The notes: generated from the sequence alone by a model not told the origin. A stretch of 64,000 nucleotides of DNA from a virus (IMGVR_UViG_3300043414_000372:96001-160000), one strand, 5' to 3'. Counted from the stretch's first letter, positions 55,043 to 64,000 are shown. Numbers and translations are program-made.

Positions 55043-56406
55043 TATAGACTCTTACATAAGTTATAAAAATCAGTGAATTCAGGGAATGTTTCTAACAAAC
55101 TCATTTTCCTACGTTGGTCAAAGTCATCAAACCAACGCCCAAAAATCTGACGTTGCTCGGTTCTATCAATTGAATTGTCTTTTAAACTATCTGATAGCTT
55201 ACGTATGAATTCTATAAATGTGTCCCAACGCCCATAATAATCAGGCACGATGGGCATATCATCTACTCTTGTTAACATATACTCAATACATTCATCCACA
55301 TACTTAGCAAAGTCGGGTGTCAATATGAACGGACTTTGATGGCTAGGGAAGTTAACTACACTTTGTTTAATAGCAACTGGACGACCATGTTTATGATACA
55401 ATGCTTCAGTGAACTTTACAAAGTCAGTTAGGCTAGTAACACTTAACGCATTCAATGACGGGATAAATCCAAAGTTAAACTTCAATTCTTTATTAGATAA
55501 TACTTTATCTAAATTAGTTGTAAACTTGTCCCAGTCTAAGCCGTTACGTATATATTCAGCTTTACCACTAATGCTTTCTAAACTTACTAATATCTCAACA
55601 TCAAATGTATCACTTATCTTTGGTAAATAGTTTAAGAACTTCTCTAAATAGTTAGGAGGGGTGTTCATGTTAGTAACAATCCAAAGACTGGCTTTCTTAC
55701 TATCAGGTGCATTTTGTTTTGCTTCTAATAACTTATCAACAAAGTTATAGAACTCAGGCATAATCAATGGCTCTCCACCAATGATACCTATACGACTACA
55801 GTTATGAACACCAACTTCGTTAAACCATTCCCAAAACTTACTATCAAAACTAGCAGGTGCTTTAGGGAATTCTCTATCATATTGTTCTTGTGATATGCGC
55901 CCTAACTTAATTTCCTCTACTGCCCACTGAGTGCTATAGTGATGATTACAATACATACACTTCATGTCGCATGTATTACCCAAACTAATTTCTAACATAT
56001 ATGGATTATGTGAACGTAGTGCCGGATCGTGATATTCGATTGTTTCTAATTTATCCAATAATGCTTGATCAGTATAATTGATATCTTCTACGTGTTTACG
56101 TATCTTTAGATGACGCCAAAACTGTTCTCCACCTTGTCTGGGGCTAGTCATTCCGCTATCTTCTATTTGCCAGCATGTTTTACAATCGCTGTTCTGTATT
56201 CCTTGAACCAAATCTAACCTAGACTGAATCATCTTTGGGCTATTCAAAAATGCATCTATACCATGTGTTTGTAACTCGGACTCAGATACTCTAGTGCTAG
56301 GTGTTCTACAGCAACTACGAAACTCCCCTCTGTCCATATTAAAAATAGGATAGTTCCATTTTAAATCGCATACTGTGTCTAACGGTGTTAATGGTTTTGT
56401 TTTCAT
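55042..56406 (-). CDS. N-terminal twitch-domain radical SAM protein
   Basis: CDLKW...RSCC...CKTCW then CDMKCMYC, GGEP. Confidence 0.88.
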   Translation of the reverse strand: MKTKPLTPLDTVCDLKWNYPIFNMDRGEFRSCCRTPSTRVSESELQTHGIDAFLNSPKMIQSRLDLVQGIQNSDCKTCWQIEDSGMTSPRQGGEQFWRHLKIRKHVEDINYTDQALLDKLETIEYHDPALRSHNPYMLEISLGNTCDMKCMYCNHHYSTQWAVEEIKLGRISQEQYDREFPKAPASFDSKFWEWFNEVGVHNCSRIGIIGGEPLIMPEFYNFVDKLLEAKQNAPDSKKASLWIVTNMNTPPNYLEKFLNYLPKISDTFDVEILVSLESISGKAEYIRNGLDWDKFTTNLDKVLSNKELKFNFGFIPSLNALSVTSLTDFVKFTEALYHKHGRPVAIKQSVVNFPSHQSPFILTPDFAKYVDECIEYMLTRVDDMPIVPDYYGRWDTFIEFIRKLSDSLKDNSIDRTEQRQIFGRWFDDFDQRRKMSLLETFPEFTDFYNLCKSL

Positions 56407-57629
56407 AATTCTTCGTATTCTGGAAATGTTTTTATAAAGTTTTCATTCCTAAACTTATCTTTTTCAACAGTAACCCTTTTAAATTCATCCAAATATCTGG
56501 AATGATCTTTTGAATTCATGTGGGTCACAATTGTGTATATTTTATTTAGTGTGTGTTCACTAGCACCAAGTTCTTTTATAGAGGTAGCATATTCAGTGAT
56601 ATGCTGTTCCACTTGCATTTTTATATTCTTAGGTAACACAGTAATTCCATATGAAGTTGGATACGTCAATAGATTATAGTGTATATTGTCTGGTTGTACA
56701 ATCTTTTCTTTTACCAAAAACTCATGCATCTTTCTTATATGGAACACACTTAATATCTCTACAGTAGGGTTTAATTGTATCAGCACATGGGGGCATTTTT
56801 CTGCTATAAGCCTTAGATTTTTCAATACAACATCCCATTCTGCGCCGTGACGTATATAGTATAGCTGTTCCCATCCAGCATCTATGCTAGCCGCTAATTT
56901 TACATTTTTAAACAGAGGCCAGTAGTCATTGATTACATTTTTGTTTTTAAAATCAAATCTGGTACAATTAGAATTGTAACGAATCAATACATCAAACTTA
57001 TTATGTTCAATTAACAAATTTAAAATTTTATAATGTTCTTCCAACATTAATGGTTCGCCACCACAGAAATAGATTTCTTCAATTGTATCAATGTGTGAGA
57101 TAAAGAATGAAAGGAAGCTATCCAAATCAGTATATGCTTTTTGTAGCACAGGAATATCTATGTTTCGCTTTGAGTAATCTTCTTCGGCAATGCTACTACT
57201 GTTTACTCCATCACACATCCTACATTTTAAATTACATAGATTAGAGAATCTAACATCCCACAATGAAATCTTTTCTTGTTTTACATTGTTATTCTCATCA
57301 AACTCTAAATTATCTAACAGATGTCCATAAGTAGTATTGCTGAATATTCTGAGTGATTGCTCCTTATCGTATTGTTCCGCACGAAAGCATTTATTACACG
57401 ACATAGGCAAGTCTTGACCAGTAAGCATTTCATTACGTAGTTGTGTTAGTTTTGCGTTTTTGTTAGAGAAGATTTCTTCTAACGGTTGATTTTTGATGTT
57501 ACCATACTCATATGAGTGATTGATACAGCACGGGATAACATCACCTGTAGTCCAAATACATGCATGAATAAATGGTAAGATACAAAAATGTTTCGATTTT
57601 AGTAATTCTTGTTTATTCATTGTTGTCAA
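56403..57629 (-). CDS. N-terminal twitch-domain radical SAM protein
   Basis: FCILPF...PCC...CNKC then CNLKCRMC, GGEP, ASID. Confidence 0.9.
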   Translation of the reverse strand: MTTMNKQELLKSKHFCILPFIHACIWTTGDVIPCCINHSYEYGNIKNQPLEEIFSNKNAKLTQLRNEMLTGQDLPMSCNKCFRAEQYDKEQSLRIFSNTTYGHLLDNLEFDENNNVKQEKISLWDVRFSNLCNLKCRMCDGVNSSSIAEEDYSKRNIDIPVLQKAYTDLDSFLSFFISHIDTIEEIYFCGGEPLMLEEHYKILNLLIEHNKFDVLIRYNSNCTRFDFKNKNVINDYWPLFKNVKLAASIDAGWEQLYYIRHGAEWDVVLKNLRLIAEKCPHVLIQLNPTVEILSVFHIRKMHEFLVKEKIVQPDNIHYNLLTYPTSYGITVLPKNIKMQVEQHITEYATSIKELGASEHTLNKIYTIVTHMNSKDHSRYLDEFKRVTVEKDKFRNENFIKTFPEYEEL

Positions 57630-58395
57630 CTTGATTTTTAATTTCTAGTAATTCATTGTAATTTGTTATAATTTCATCATAACTAATATTATATACTTTT
57701 TTAGAAAGATTTTTTTCTTCAAATGGAATTTGATTAACAATGCAATCAGATTTTAATGACTCGTAATTTACATTTACACAATTTAATGCATCTGCTAATT
57801 TTTGCTTTTCTTTTGATACTCTAACATACTCTAGATAGGTTGATTTTACATCTTCTGGTGACAGAGTAATACTAGATTTGGTTAGAAGTCTTATGTTTTT
57901 AGTATTCCATTCAGTTGTTCTTATCCAAAAATTAGTTTTTTTACTTACTAGGACGCTAACAGTGCTTTCAAACGGATCTCTGTTTATATTAACAATAGTA
58001 AAGTTGTGATTTTTTATTTTTGTAAAATTTTCTAAATCATTTATTTTTTCACTATCTCGGGGAGTCCAATACATATATTTCAACACAACAGCTTGATTTT
58101 TGTCCCCGGCAAGCAAAGTGGTCAACCGTTTTTCCATGAGAGTTTCTAATGAATGTCCTAAATTTTCAGGCCACGGGATTGATTGAATCTGCTTTCTAAT
58201 CATTGCCTCTTCATCTAACACATATTTAATCCTATGAGCGAAGGAGGCTCTTCCCTGAATTGGGTGCAATGTGAAAAACTCACCCAAATTTGTAACGTTT
58301 TCATTTAGACTATCGTATAAAAGTGAACTATAAATTCCCTCGGTTAACCATGTACTTCCTGTTCTAGGGATAGATAGCACGCAGTACCTAGACAT
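57613..58395 (-). CDS. Sulfotransferase-fold protein (Stf0-like)
   Basis: SIPRTGSTWL (5'-phosphosulfate loop), GEFF, RDPFES, VNYE. Confidence 0.72.
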   Translation of the reverse strand: MSRYCVLSIPRTGSTWLTEGIYSSLLYDSLNENVTNLGEFFTLHPIQGRASFAHRIKYVLDEEAMIRKQIQSIPWPENLGHSLETLMEKRLTTLLAGDKNQAVVLKYMYWTPRDSEKINDLENFTKIKNHNFTIVNINRDPFESTVSVLVSKKTNFWIRTTEWNTKNIRLLTKSSITLSPEDVKSTYLEYVRVSKEKQKLADALNCVNVNYESLKSDCIVNQIPFEEKNLSKKVYNISYDEIITNYNELLEIKNQVDNNE

Positions 58396-59173
58396 TACTT
58401 AGTTCCTTATCAATTGTTGTTTCAACTTTATTTTTTATTTCTAATAATTCATCATAATTTGTTATAAGTTTACTATAATCAATATCATATAATTTTTTAG
58501 AATGTGATATTAATTGAAATGGAATTTTATTTTTAGTACAGTCTAGCCTCAATCTATTATAGTTAACTGTGATACACCCTAACAAATTTGCTATTTTTTC
58601 TTTTTCCTGGTTTGCAATTAATGTTTGTACATATGCTGCTTCAAAATCTAGTACTGACATAGTAATATCGGAGATAGTAATAGTAGGACTCCGTCCTTCC
58701 GTTGTGGTCCACCACTCACCCGTAGACGATGTGTTCCATCGATGAATGATTCCGGTTTGTTTAGCGGCCATTAAACTTATTGCGCTATCAAAAGGATCTC
58801 TGTTTATATTGACAATGGTAATGTTATGTGCTTGCATTTTTTCAAGAATTTTTAGGTCTTCTATTTCGTAACCATCAAATGGCCAATACATATATTTTAA
58901 AACCAATGGTTGACGATTATTACCAGAAAATAATATAGCCGCCCGATCATTTATAAATTGTGTAACGTCAGATACTTCTATTGGGTTATCTTCTTTGACT
59001 CCAATTATCATTTGATCGTTGTTTAATTCATATCTTACGTATTTATTTACAAATGGAGTGAAAAATTCATTTAAATTAATGTAATTTTTTATCCTACAAT
59101 AAGTATATCCAATCCCACTATTTAGCCAAGTACTCCCAGTTCTAGGTATCGATAGTACACAGTATCTAAACAT
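58388..59173 (-). CDS. Sulfotransferase-fold protein, paralog of neighbour
   Basis: SIPRTGSTWL, NEFF, RDPFDS, VNY. Confidence 0.72.
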   Translation of the reverse strand: MFRYCVLSIPRTGSTWLNSGIGYTYCRIKNYINLNEFFTPFVNKYVRYELNNDQMIIGVKEDNPIEVSDVTQFINDRAAILFSGNNRQPLVLKYMYWPFDGYEIEDLKILEKMQAHNITIVNINRDPFDSAISLMAAKQTGIIHRWNTSSTGEWWTTTEGRSPTITISDITMSVLDFEAAYVQTLIANQEKEKIANLLGCITVNYNRLRLDCTKNKIPFQLISHSKKLYDIDYSKLITNYDELLEIKNKVETTIDKELSNV

Positions 59174-60119
59174 TGTATTCTTTCGTACTCATTATGTCAA
59201 AGTTACAATGGCACATTGTTTTATTGCATATAATAGGAGCAGACGGGAAATCAATTTCATCGTCAGCAATATTACCAATTGGGCCGCCAACTAGGCACCA
59301 GCCACGTTGAATAGTTCCATACATATCAACAATCAATTGCTCAACCCCAACATTACATTTCCAACCAGACCAATCATTTGTTTTTTCATTGATAAATCTA
59401 TGTGCGCTTGAAGGTTCGGTTGTTCCATCAGCATATACTTTACTCATTGCGCCCCTATAATAATCAAAAGACTTAGTGTACTTAATGTGCTTAACAATTA
59501 GTTCGTGCTGCTTGTCAAATATTTTCTTTTGAAAATCATTATAATCATACAATGTATCTCCAAAATCATATATTAATGGTTGAAGTGCCATTGAGATATT
59601 GCCAATATTTTTTATCTTGTTTGCCACAGCATAACAGAAGTCAAACTTTTCAGGACTCATCATTATATTAACGTGAGTTCTTACATCATTATGAAGTAAT
59701 TTAACAACATCAATAAAATGTTGTTCTTCACTGAACTCAGGATGGAAACTTAAACACACATGGTCAAAGTATTGCATGTTATCTTCCCAGTATCTAATAG
59801 TGCGTGAGCCATTAGAAATGAGACCTACTTTAATGCCCAAATCTGTACAGTATTGACATATCTCAGTGAAATGTCTATACATAGTAACTTCACCACCAGT
59901 GAATTCAAAATATAGATTTTTATCAGAGTAATGATTCTTTATCTTAAGAATAAATTTTTTGATAGTTTCAACAGTTGGCCACTTGATAGAGCCATCATGT
60001 AAATGTGAGGGGCAGTATGAGCAAGCGAAATTACAAGTATTTCCCAAGCACCAATTTACAACAAACCAATTTTTGTGATCGGGGTTTAAGTGTTCTAGTT
60101 TAATATATTTTTGTTTCAT
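59166..60119 (-). CDS. Radical SAM protein with C-terminal Cys-rich SPASM-like domain
   Basis: CNFACSYC, GGE, SNGSR; C-terminal WKC...C...CNKTMCHC. Confidence 0.88.
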   Translation of the reverse strand: MKQKYIKLEHLNPDHKNWFVVNWCLGNTCNFACSYCPSHLHDGSIKWPTVETIKKFILKIKNHYSDKNLYFEFTGGEVTMYRHFTEICQYCTDLGIKVGLISNGSRTIRYWEDNMQYFDHVCLSFHPEFSEEQHFIDVVKLLHNDVRTHVNIMMSPEKFDFCYAVANKIKNIGNISMALQPLIYDFGDTLYDYNDFQKKIFDKQHELIVKHIKYTKSFDYYRGAMSKVYADGTTEPSSAHRFINEKTNDWSGWKCNVGVEQLIVDMYGTIQRGWCLVGGPIGNIADDEIDFPSAPIICNKTMCHCNFDIMSTKEYNV

Positions 60120-61069
60120 TACCAGCCTTCGACTTTTCTTATTACGTCCATTTCTGTTACTAATGGACCGATGTTATATTTATCGGCGTTATAATGTCGT
60201 TTGAAGAACTTGCTTTGATCTTTGGATAGTGTACACATAGGCAAACCAAGTTTATCACTTAATGCTGCACCAATAGATGTTGCTTCAATTTCTGGATCTC
60301 TGTATTCTTGTTCTTCCCAAAGTGTTATATAGTTATCAAACCATTGAACGTTTGCATGGTCCCATTCAGTTAGCATAGTCATATATGTGCCTAGTCTTGC
60401 ACCATATATAGCCCACATTCCATTCTCAACATCAGCTCCTACGTTGTGCCAGATAGTTAAGTTATTTAAATTGCGACTAGCAACAGTTTCTTTAAAAGTG
60501 TCAATATCAGGTCTTGCACCTTTATCAAGCACCATTTTTACTCCTTCTCGGAATCCAGCACGCCACGCTTGAAACGGAGTATAATTAGGATAAGTAGTAG
60601 AATAGCAGTCATACATTGCCCAGTATAAATTATCTTTGCTGTCCATACAGAAATCAGCAATACGTGAAATATCACCCTCTTTTTGATTTTCGTGCGTTTT
60701 CATATCACGCACATAAGTCTTAGTCCAGCTACTCATGCCGCCGTTACCATAACGTAATCCATTAATACTATTAACAGCTTTCCAACGAAACTGCGCTTGC
60801 TTAAATGTTTCATCCTTGCCAGTGAAGTCCAATTGAATGTTAAAGAAACTTTCATCTGGCATATTATCGCCATCAATTAGAATAAAACGTTCTGTATCGC
60901 TAGCTTCGCCCGCAGCTTTGTGTGCCGCGTCACTACCTTTAATGCTATCAACACGTTTGGCCCACGGCACCATGTTTTTAATCTTAAGCCAAAATTCTTC
61001 TTTCTGCGGCTCATCATAACTTAGATAGACACAATCTAAGTCTGCTACATCTACAATATCAGAGTTCAT
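60119..61069 (-). CDS. GT-A-like glycosyltransferase
   Basis: YLSYDEP, AAHKAA, LIDGDN (DxD), NGLRYGNGG, WRAGFREGVKM. Confidence 0.62.
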   Translation of the reverse strand: MNSDIVDVADLDCVYLSYDEPQKEEFWLKIKNMVPWAKRVDSIKGSDAAHKAAGEASDTERFILIDGDNMPDESFFNIQLDFTGKDETFKQAQFRWKAVNSINGLRYGNGGMSSWTKTYVRDMKTHENQKEGDISRIADFCMDSKDNLYWAMYDCYSTTYPNYTPFQAWRAGFREGVKMVLDKGARPDIDTFKETVASRNLNNLTIWHNVGADVENGMWAIYGARLGTYMTMLTEWDHANVQWFDNYITLWEEQEYRDPEIEATSIGAALSDKLGLPMCTLSKDQSKFFKRHYNADKYNIGPLVTEMDVIRKVEGW

Positions 61070-61406
61070 ATACGTTTATTTTCCATTTTGTATGTTCTTC
61101 AGTATCATTTACTACAATGCTGATATCTTCTGGGTGACAAGCAATTCCCGAAGTAGAATCAGGCATCAATTTATACACTACTTGATTAGGTCGTGCTTTT
61201 GATATTTTGCCATCTATAACCCTAAGGTCATGCCTTCCTTCAGCAAATGTTTGTGAATCAATTACAATGTAATTGTCCCCGGGAATAGACTTGTCTCCAC
61301 AATAAGAAAGAACTTTTCCATTCTCATCGTAGTATAATCTTAATTCAGGCTTCTCTGCTTTAGGTGCTCCCCAAAGAATAATTACGTCTTGTTCTTGTTC
61401 ACTCAT
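61059..61406 (-). CDS. Hypothetical protein
   Basis: Coupled overlaps both sides. Confidence 0.7.
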   Translation of the reverse strand: MSEQEQDVIILWGAPKAEKPELRLYYDENGKVLSYCGDKSIPGDNYIVIDSQTFAEGRHDLRVIDGKISKARPNQVVYKLMPDSTSGIACHPEDISIVVNDTEEHTKWKINVYEL

Positions 61407-62143
61407 ATGATTATCTTATCACAAAAATTTTTTATATGATAGTGAAGCGGATACACTTGCGGGATTGTTTGTATTCTAATTTGATCAGGCAAACATTCAT
61501 ACACGAACGTATCAGTCCAGTTCTCAGTCGGAGTATTATTTATATATGACTTCATATGTATCATACTCATTTCAGTAAAGGTAGGCAATATTGTTTTTTC
61601 TATGCCTATAATATGTGAAGCTAACGAATAAACCCAATCAGTTGTTGCCAATTCATCTGGATTACATTTTAGTATTTTCTTATATTCTTCCCAGTTTGTA
61701 AATATTTCTTTAACCAAATTAAAGAATTCTTGTGCTGTATCTGATTTTTTAAAATAAGTTATGGCATTGTACACATCCGGTAAGTCATTGTCATCAATGA
61801 ATCTGCGATAAACTCTCACATTTGATATTTGTTGCTTAAAGTTTCTGATTGTACTTGATACTACAACATCTCTATCCTTAAGTACATCCCACCAATGGTC
61901 TATGTTACGTGGGATATACATATCAGCTTCTAATTTGATTGTGTAATCATATGGACTTGCTTCATATACTTGCCAGTCATTTGCAAACCCACCCAGATCA
62001 CCGTAGGGTAACATATCAGTTGTGATGATAGTTATATTGGCATCAGGCATAACTCGTTTAATACTCATTGCTAATTTTTCAGCACAGTCTATATAGCTTG
62101 TTTTCTCAGTATTCTGAGCCATTATTACAAAACCTTTATTCAC
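61403..62143 (-). CDS. Nucleotide-diphospho-sugar transferase-like protein
   Basis: A..LA.SI, SPYDYTIKLEADM (ExD), paralog of next. Confidence 0.65.
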   Translation of the reverse strand: MNKGFVIMAQNTEKTSYIDCAEKLAMSIKRVMPDANITIITTDMLPYGDLGGFANDWQVYEASPYDYTIKLEADMYIPRNIDHWWDVLKDRDVVVSSTIRNFKQQISNVRVYRRFIDDNDLPDVYNAITYFKKSDTAQEFFNLVKEIFTNWEEYKKILKCNPDELATTDWVYSLASHIIGIEKTILPTFTEMSMIHMKSYINNTPTENWTDTFVYECLPDQIRIQTIPQVYPLHYHIKNFCDKIII

Positions 62144-62942
62144 TTATTAGCTCCATAAAGTTATCTTTCATCATCATATGAAAATCTGTATTTTTTATTG
62201 TTATGTATTCTTTACGAATTTTTCCACGATTCCAATGGTCAAACAATACAGTATATTCAGTATTGAATTCATTATCATCATTTCTATATACTTTAGTATT
62301 ATTGCCCACGTGTAATAAATTCCACGGGATGTAATCTTCAATAGGAGAAGTGTGTCCATTTGCTATTCGTGTGGCCAATGTCAATCCATAATCATTGCGA
62401 TAGGTAGAAGAAACAAACCCGTGTATATTTCCATAATGTTGAAAATTGTTTTGCGTCATTTCTAAACAATCAAATATGTTCTTTGCCCGTGTTGTTTTCT
62501 TAAAAGTTATAACAGTAGCCCACAATGTATCAAAGCTATGTATGCTTAATACTTCTTGTGGTAAGTTTGGATGCATCAAAAAACTAGTTTTGTTATGACA
62601 GCAAAAATCTGTAGGTAAATCAAATGTCTTTAGTAACTTATCTGAATTAATCATATAATCTGTATCTAACAAGATAGTTTCATCATATGGACTTAATGCA
62701 TATGCACGATATCTACCTTTATTGAACCACAACCCCCAATCTCTTTTATTAGATTTATCAGCAGGAGCCATAACAATATTATCAAATTGATATGATTGTT
62801 TAACTGGCAACGATTCGCTATCTGTTACTAAGGTAACAGGGAGATCCAAAAAGTGATTTACTCGTTTAGCAGTTGCTACTGCCATGTCATAGTAATTATA
62901 TTTTGGGCTATTGAATGCGAATAACAATGCGCCTCTGCTCAT
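62136..62942 (-). CDS. Nucleotide-diphospho-sugar transferase-like protein
   Basis: SPYDETILLDTDY (DxD), RND. Confidence 0.68.
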   Translation of the reverse strand: MSRGALLFAFNSPKYNYYDMAVATAKRVNHFLDLPVTLVTDSESLPVKQSYQFDNIVMAPADKSNKRDWGLWFNKGRYRAYALSPYDETILLDTDYMINSDKLLKTFDLPTDFCCHNKTSFLMHPNLPQEVLSIHSFDTLWATVITFKKTTRAKNIFDCLEMTQNNFQHYGNIHGFVSSTYRNDYGLTLATRIANGHTSPIEDYIPWNLLHVGNNTKVYRNDDNEFNTEYTVLFDHWNRGKIRKEYITIKNTDFHMMMKDNFMELISE

Positions 62943-63244
62943 CGTTTACTCTCTAATTCTTTCCATTCATTATACCATTCTTCCATCACAGAACGGTAAG
63001 TGTTACTAAGTTTTATTAGCAACACGTTTCTATCAACCTTTACCGGATTATCAAAATTATCCATTAAGATAACATATTCATCGGTTGAGTAATTTAAGAA
63101 ATTAATAATTTCTGGGTTGGCGCGCCACAGACCATTTTGATCAGCAATAATAAATTTGCTGTCATATTTGTCTTTTAGATATGATTTGGCTGAATTATGA
63201 TTGAAGCGGGCTTTGGCTTCAGTGATTAATGTCTTTGTATCCAT
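62939..63244 (-). CDS. Hypothetical protein
   Basis: AGGAG RBS, late promoter upstream. Confidence 0.72.
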   Translation of the reverse strand: MDTKTLITEAKARFNHNSAKSYLKDKYDSKFIIADQNGLWRANPEIINFLNYSTDEYVILMDNFDNPVKVDRNVLLIKLSNTYRSVMEEWYNEWKELESKR

Positions 63245-63259
63245 GAGTACTCCTAAGAG

Positions 63260-63265
63260 TATTTA
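63260..63265 (-). promoter_or_regulatory. Late promoter heading the right arm of the tailoring island
   Basis: CTAAATA 15 nt before start of 62939-63244. Confidence 0.65.
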
Positions 63266-63289
63266 GATGGATACAAAGATGATAGAAAA

Positions 63290-64000
63290 TTATGCTACTA
63301 CGACAGATCCGGCGATAGTAATTGTTCCCCAAGTATTAGCCAAATATGTTGTTTCTGGCGCCTGTGCAGTTACCGTAACGGTTGAACCTGTTCCAACAGT
63401 TAATCCATTAGGAATTTCATCCCATATAGTATACAATGTGATAACACTTCCGGTGTCACCATTAGAACCCTGCGTTCCATTGCTCTTTGCTGTTAAGCTG
63501 ATAAATGTTCCTAAATATCCTGAAGGACCTGTACTAGCTGTTTGCTGAAATACAGTAGCATTAGCTGTAGTTAGCGCAAAGTATCCAGTATTAGTAAGAT
63601 ACGGACTAGGTGTATTTCCGCCGCCACCTACCTTTTGAAAGCCACTATATGTTACTGCTGGACTAGTGCCAATACTTATTGAACCCGATGACGGAGCACT
63701 AGTAACCAATGTACCAACGTTAGATGCTAGCCCATTCAATAACAAATTAATACCGGCGGTAGAGTTAGAATGAGCACAAGTAACTTTTAATTGTCCACCT
63801 GAATTAAAGAAATATCTAGCAGCATCACCGTTAGCAAATGTTACGGTATGCGTAAACGTTGCTATACCACTCCATGTACTTACGGTAGTTGCTGTATTAG
63901 CCGTTGTACTACCTTGACTTGCTGCGTTTAATCTGCCAGTATAAATTGACGTTAAGTTAGTAGGGATATTGGCATTATATTGAATTGAATTTCCTGCTGA
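63290..64000 (-). CDS. Thr/Gly/Ser-rich virion structural (tail-associated) protein, 5'-truncated
   Basis: Frame open from window edge (SAGNSIQYNANIP...TFTHTVTFANGDAARYFFNSGGQL...); composition typical of tail/fibre proteins. Confidence 0.6.
   Translation of the reverse strand, partial: SAGNSIQYNANIPTNLTSIYTGRLNAASQGSTTANTATTVSTWSGIATFTHTVTFANGDAARYFFNSGGQLKVTCAHSNSTAGINLLLNGLASNVGTLVTSAPSSGSISIGTSPAVTYSGFQKVGGGGNTPSPYLTNTGYFALTTANATVFQQTASTGPSGYLGTFISLTAKSNGTQGSNGDTGSVITLYTIWDEIPNGLTVGTGSTVTVTAQAPETTYLANTWGTITIAGSVVVA

Noticed and set aside
36-63548. Numerous 60-140 aa ORFs antisense to or nested in long genes (e.g. 36-254, 2549-2818, 6043-6402, 6508-6936, 10314-10682, 18324-18686, 39133-39486, 51455-51850, 63267-63548)
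   Set aside because: Shadow ORFs of well-supported genes on the opposite strand or frame; no RBS or motifs
1-64000. Stop-codon reassignment as in some jumbo phages
   Set aside because: Core genes are intact in the standard code and TAA, TGA and TAG all appear as terminators

Overview
A 64-kb fragment of a large T4-like (myovirus-type, probably jumbo) phage genome, AT-rich, standard genetic code, almost all genes on the minus strand. Core genes recognised from motifs: UvsW helicase, UvsY, UvsX/RecA, gp32 SSB, gp17 large terminase, ThyA, a two-component spanin pair, a gp9/gp10-like baseplate domain protein, a MoxR AAA+/vWA-metallopeptidase pair and a partial virion structural gene at the right edge. 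Host sigma70-type early promoters (TTGACA-N17-TATAAT) sit in near-identical cassettes in front of small early genes; T4-like late promoters (TAAATA) precede structural genes. A beta-proteobacterial-type porin, spanins and the tmRNA tag ANDELYSLAA point to a Gram-negative, probably betaproteobacterial host (inference). Three accessory systems stand out. (1) A Pho-box-preceded PlcP-like phosphoesterase plus GT2 glycosyltransferase operon (28.3-29.9 kb), a candidate phage-encoded phosphate-starvation lipid-remodelling module. (2) A circularly permuted, two-piece tmRNA gene (31.0-31.3 kb). (3) A ~31-kb, apparently late-transcribed tailoring island (31.9-63.2 kb) with 11 radical-SAM enzymes (most with an N-terminal twitch/SPASM-like domain, one B12-dependent), a carbamoyltransferase, methyltransferases, 2OG-Fe(II) oxygenases, sulfotransferases, SGNH-like proteins, glycosyltransferases and a 1884-aa protein built from 17 aromatic-rich ~66-aa repeats. 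All family assignments come from reading motifs by eye; no database searches were run.
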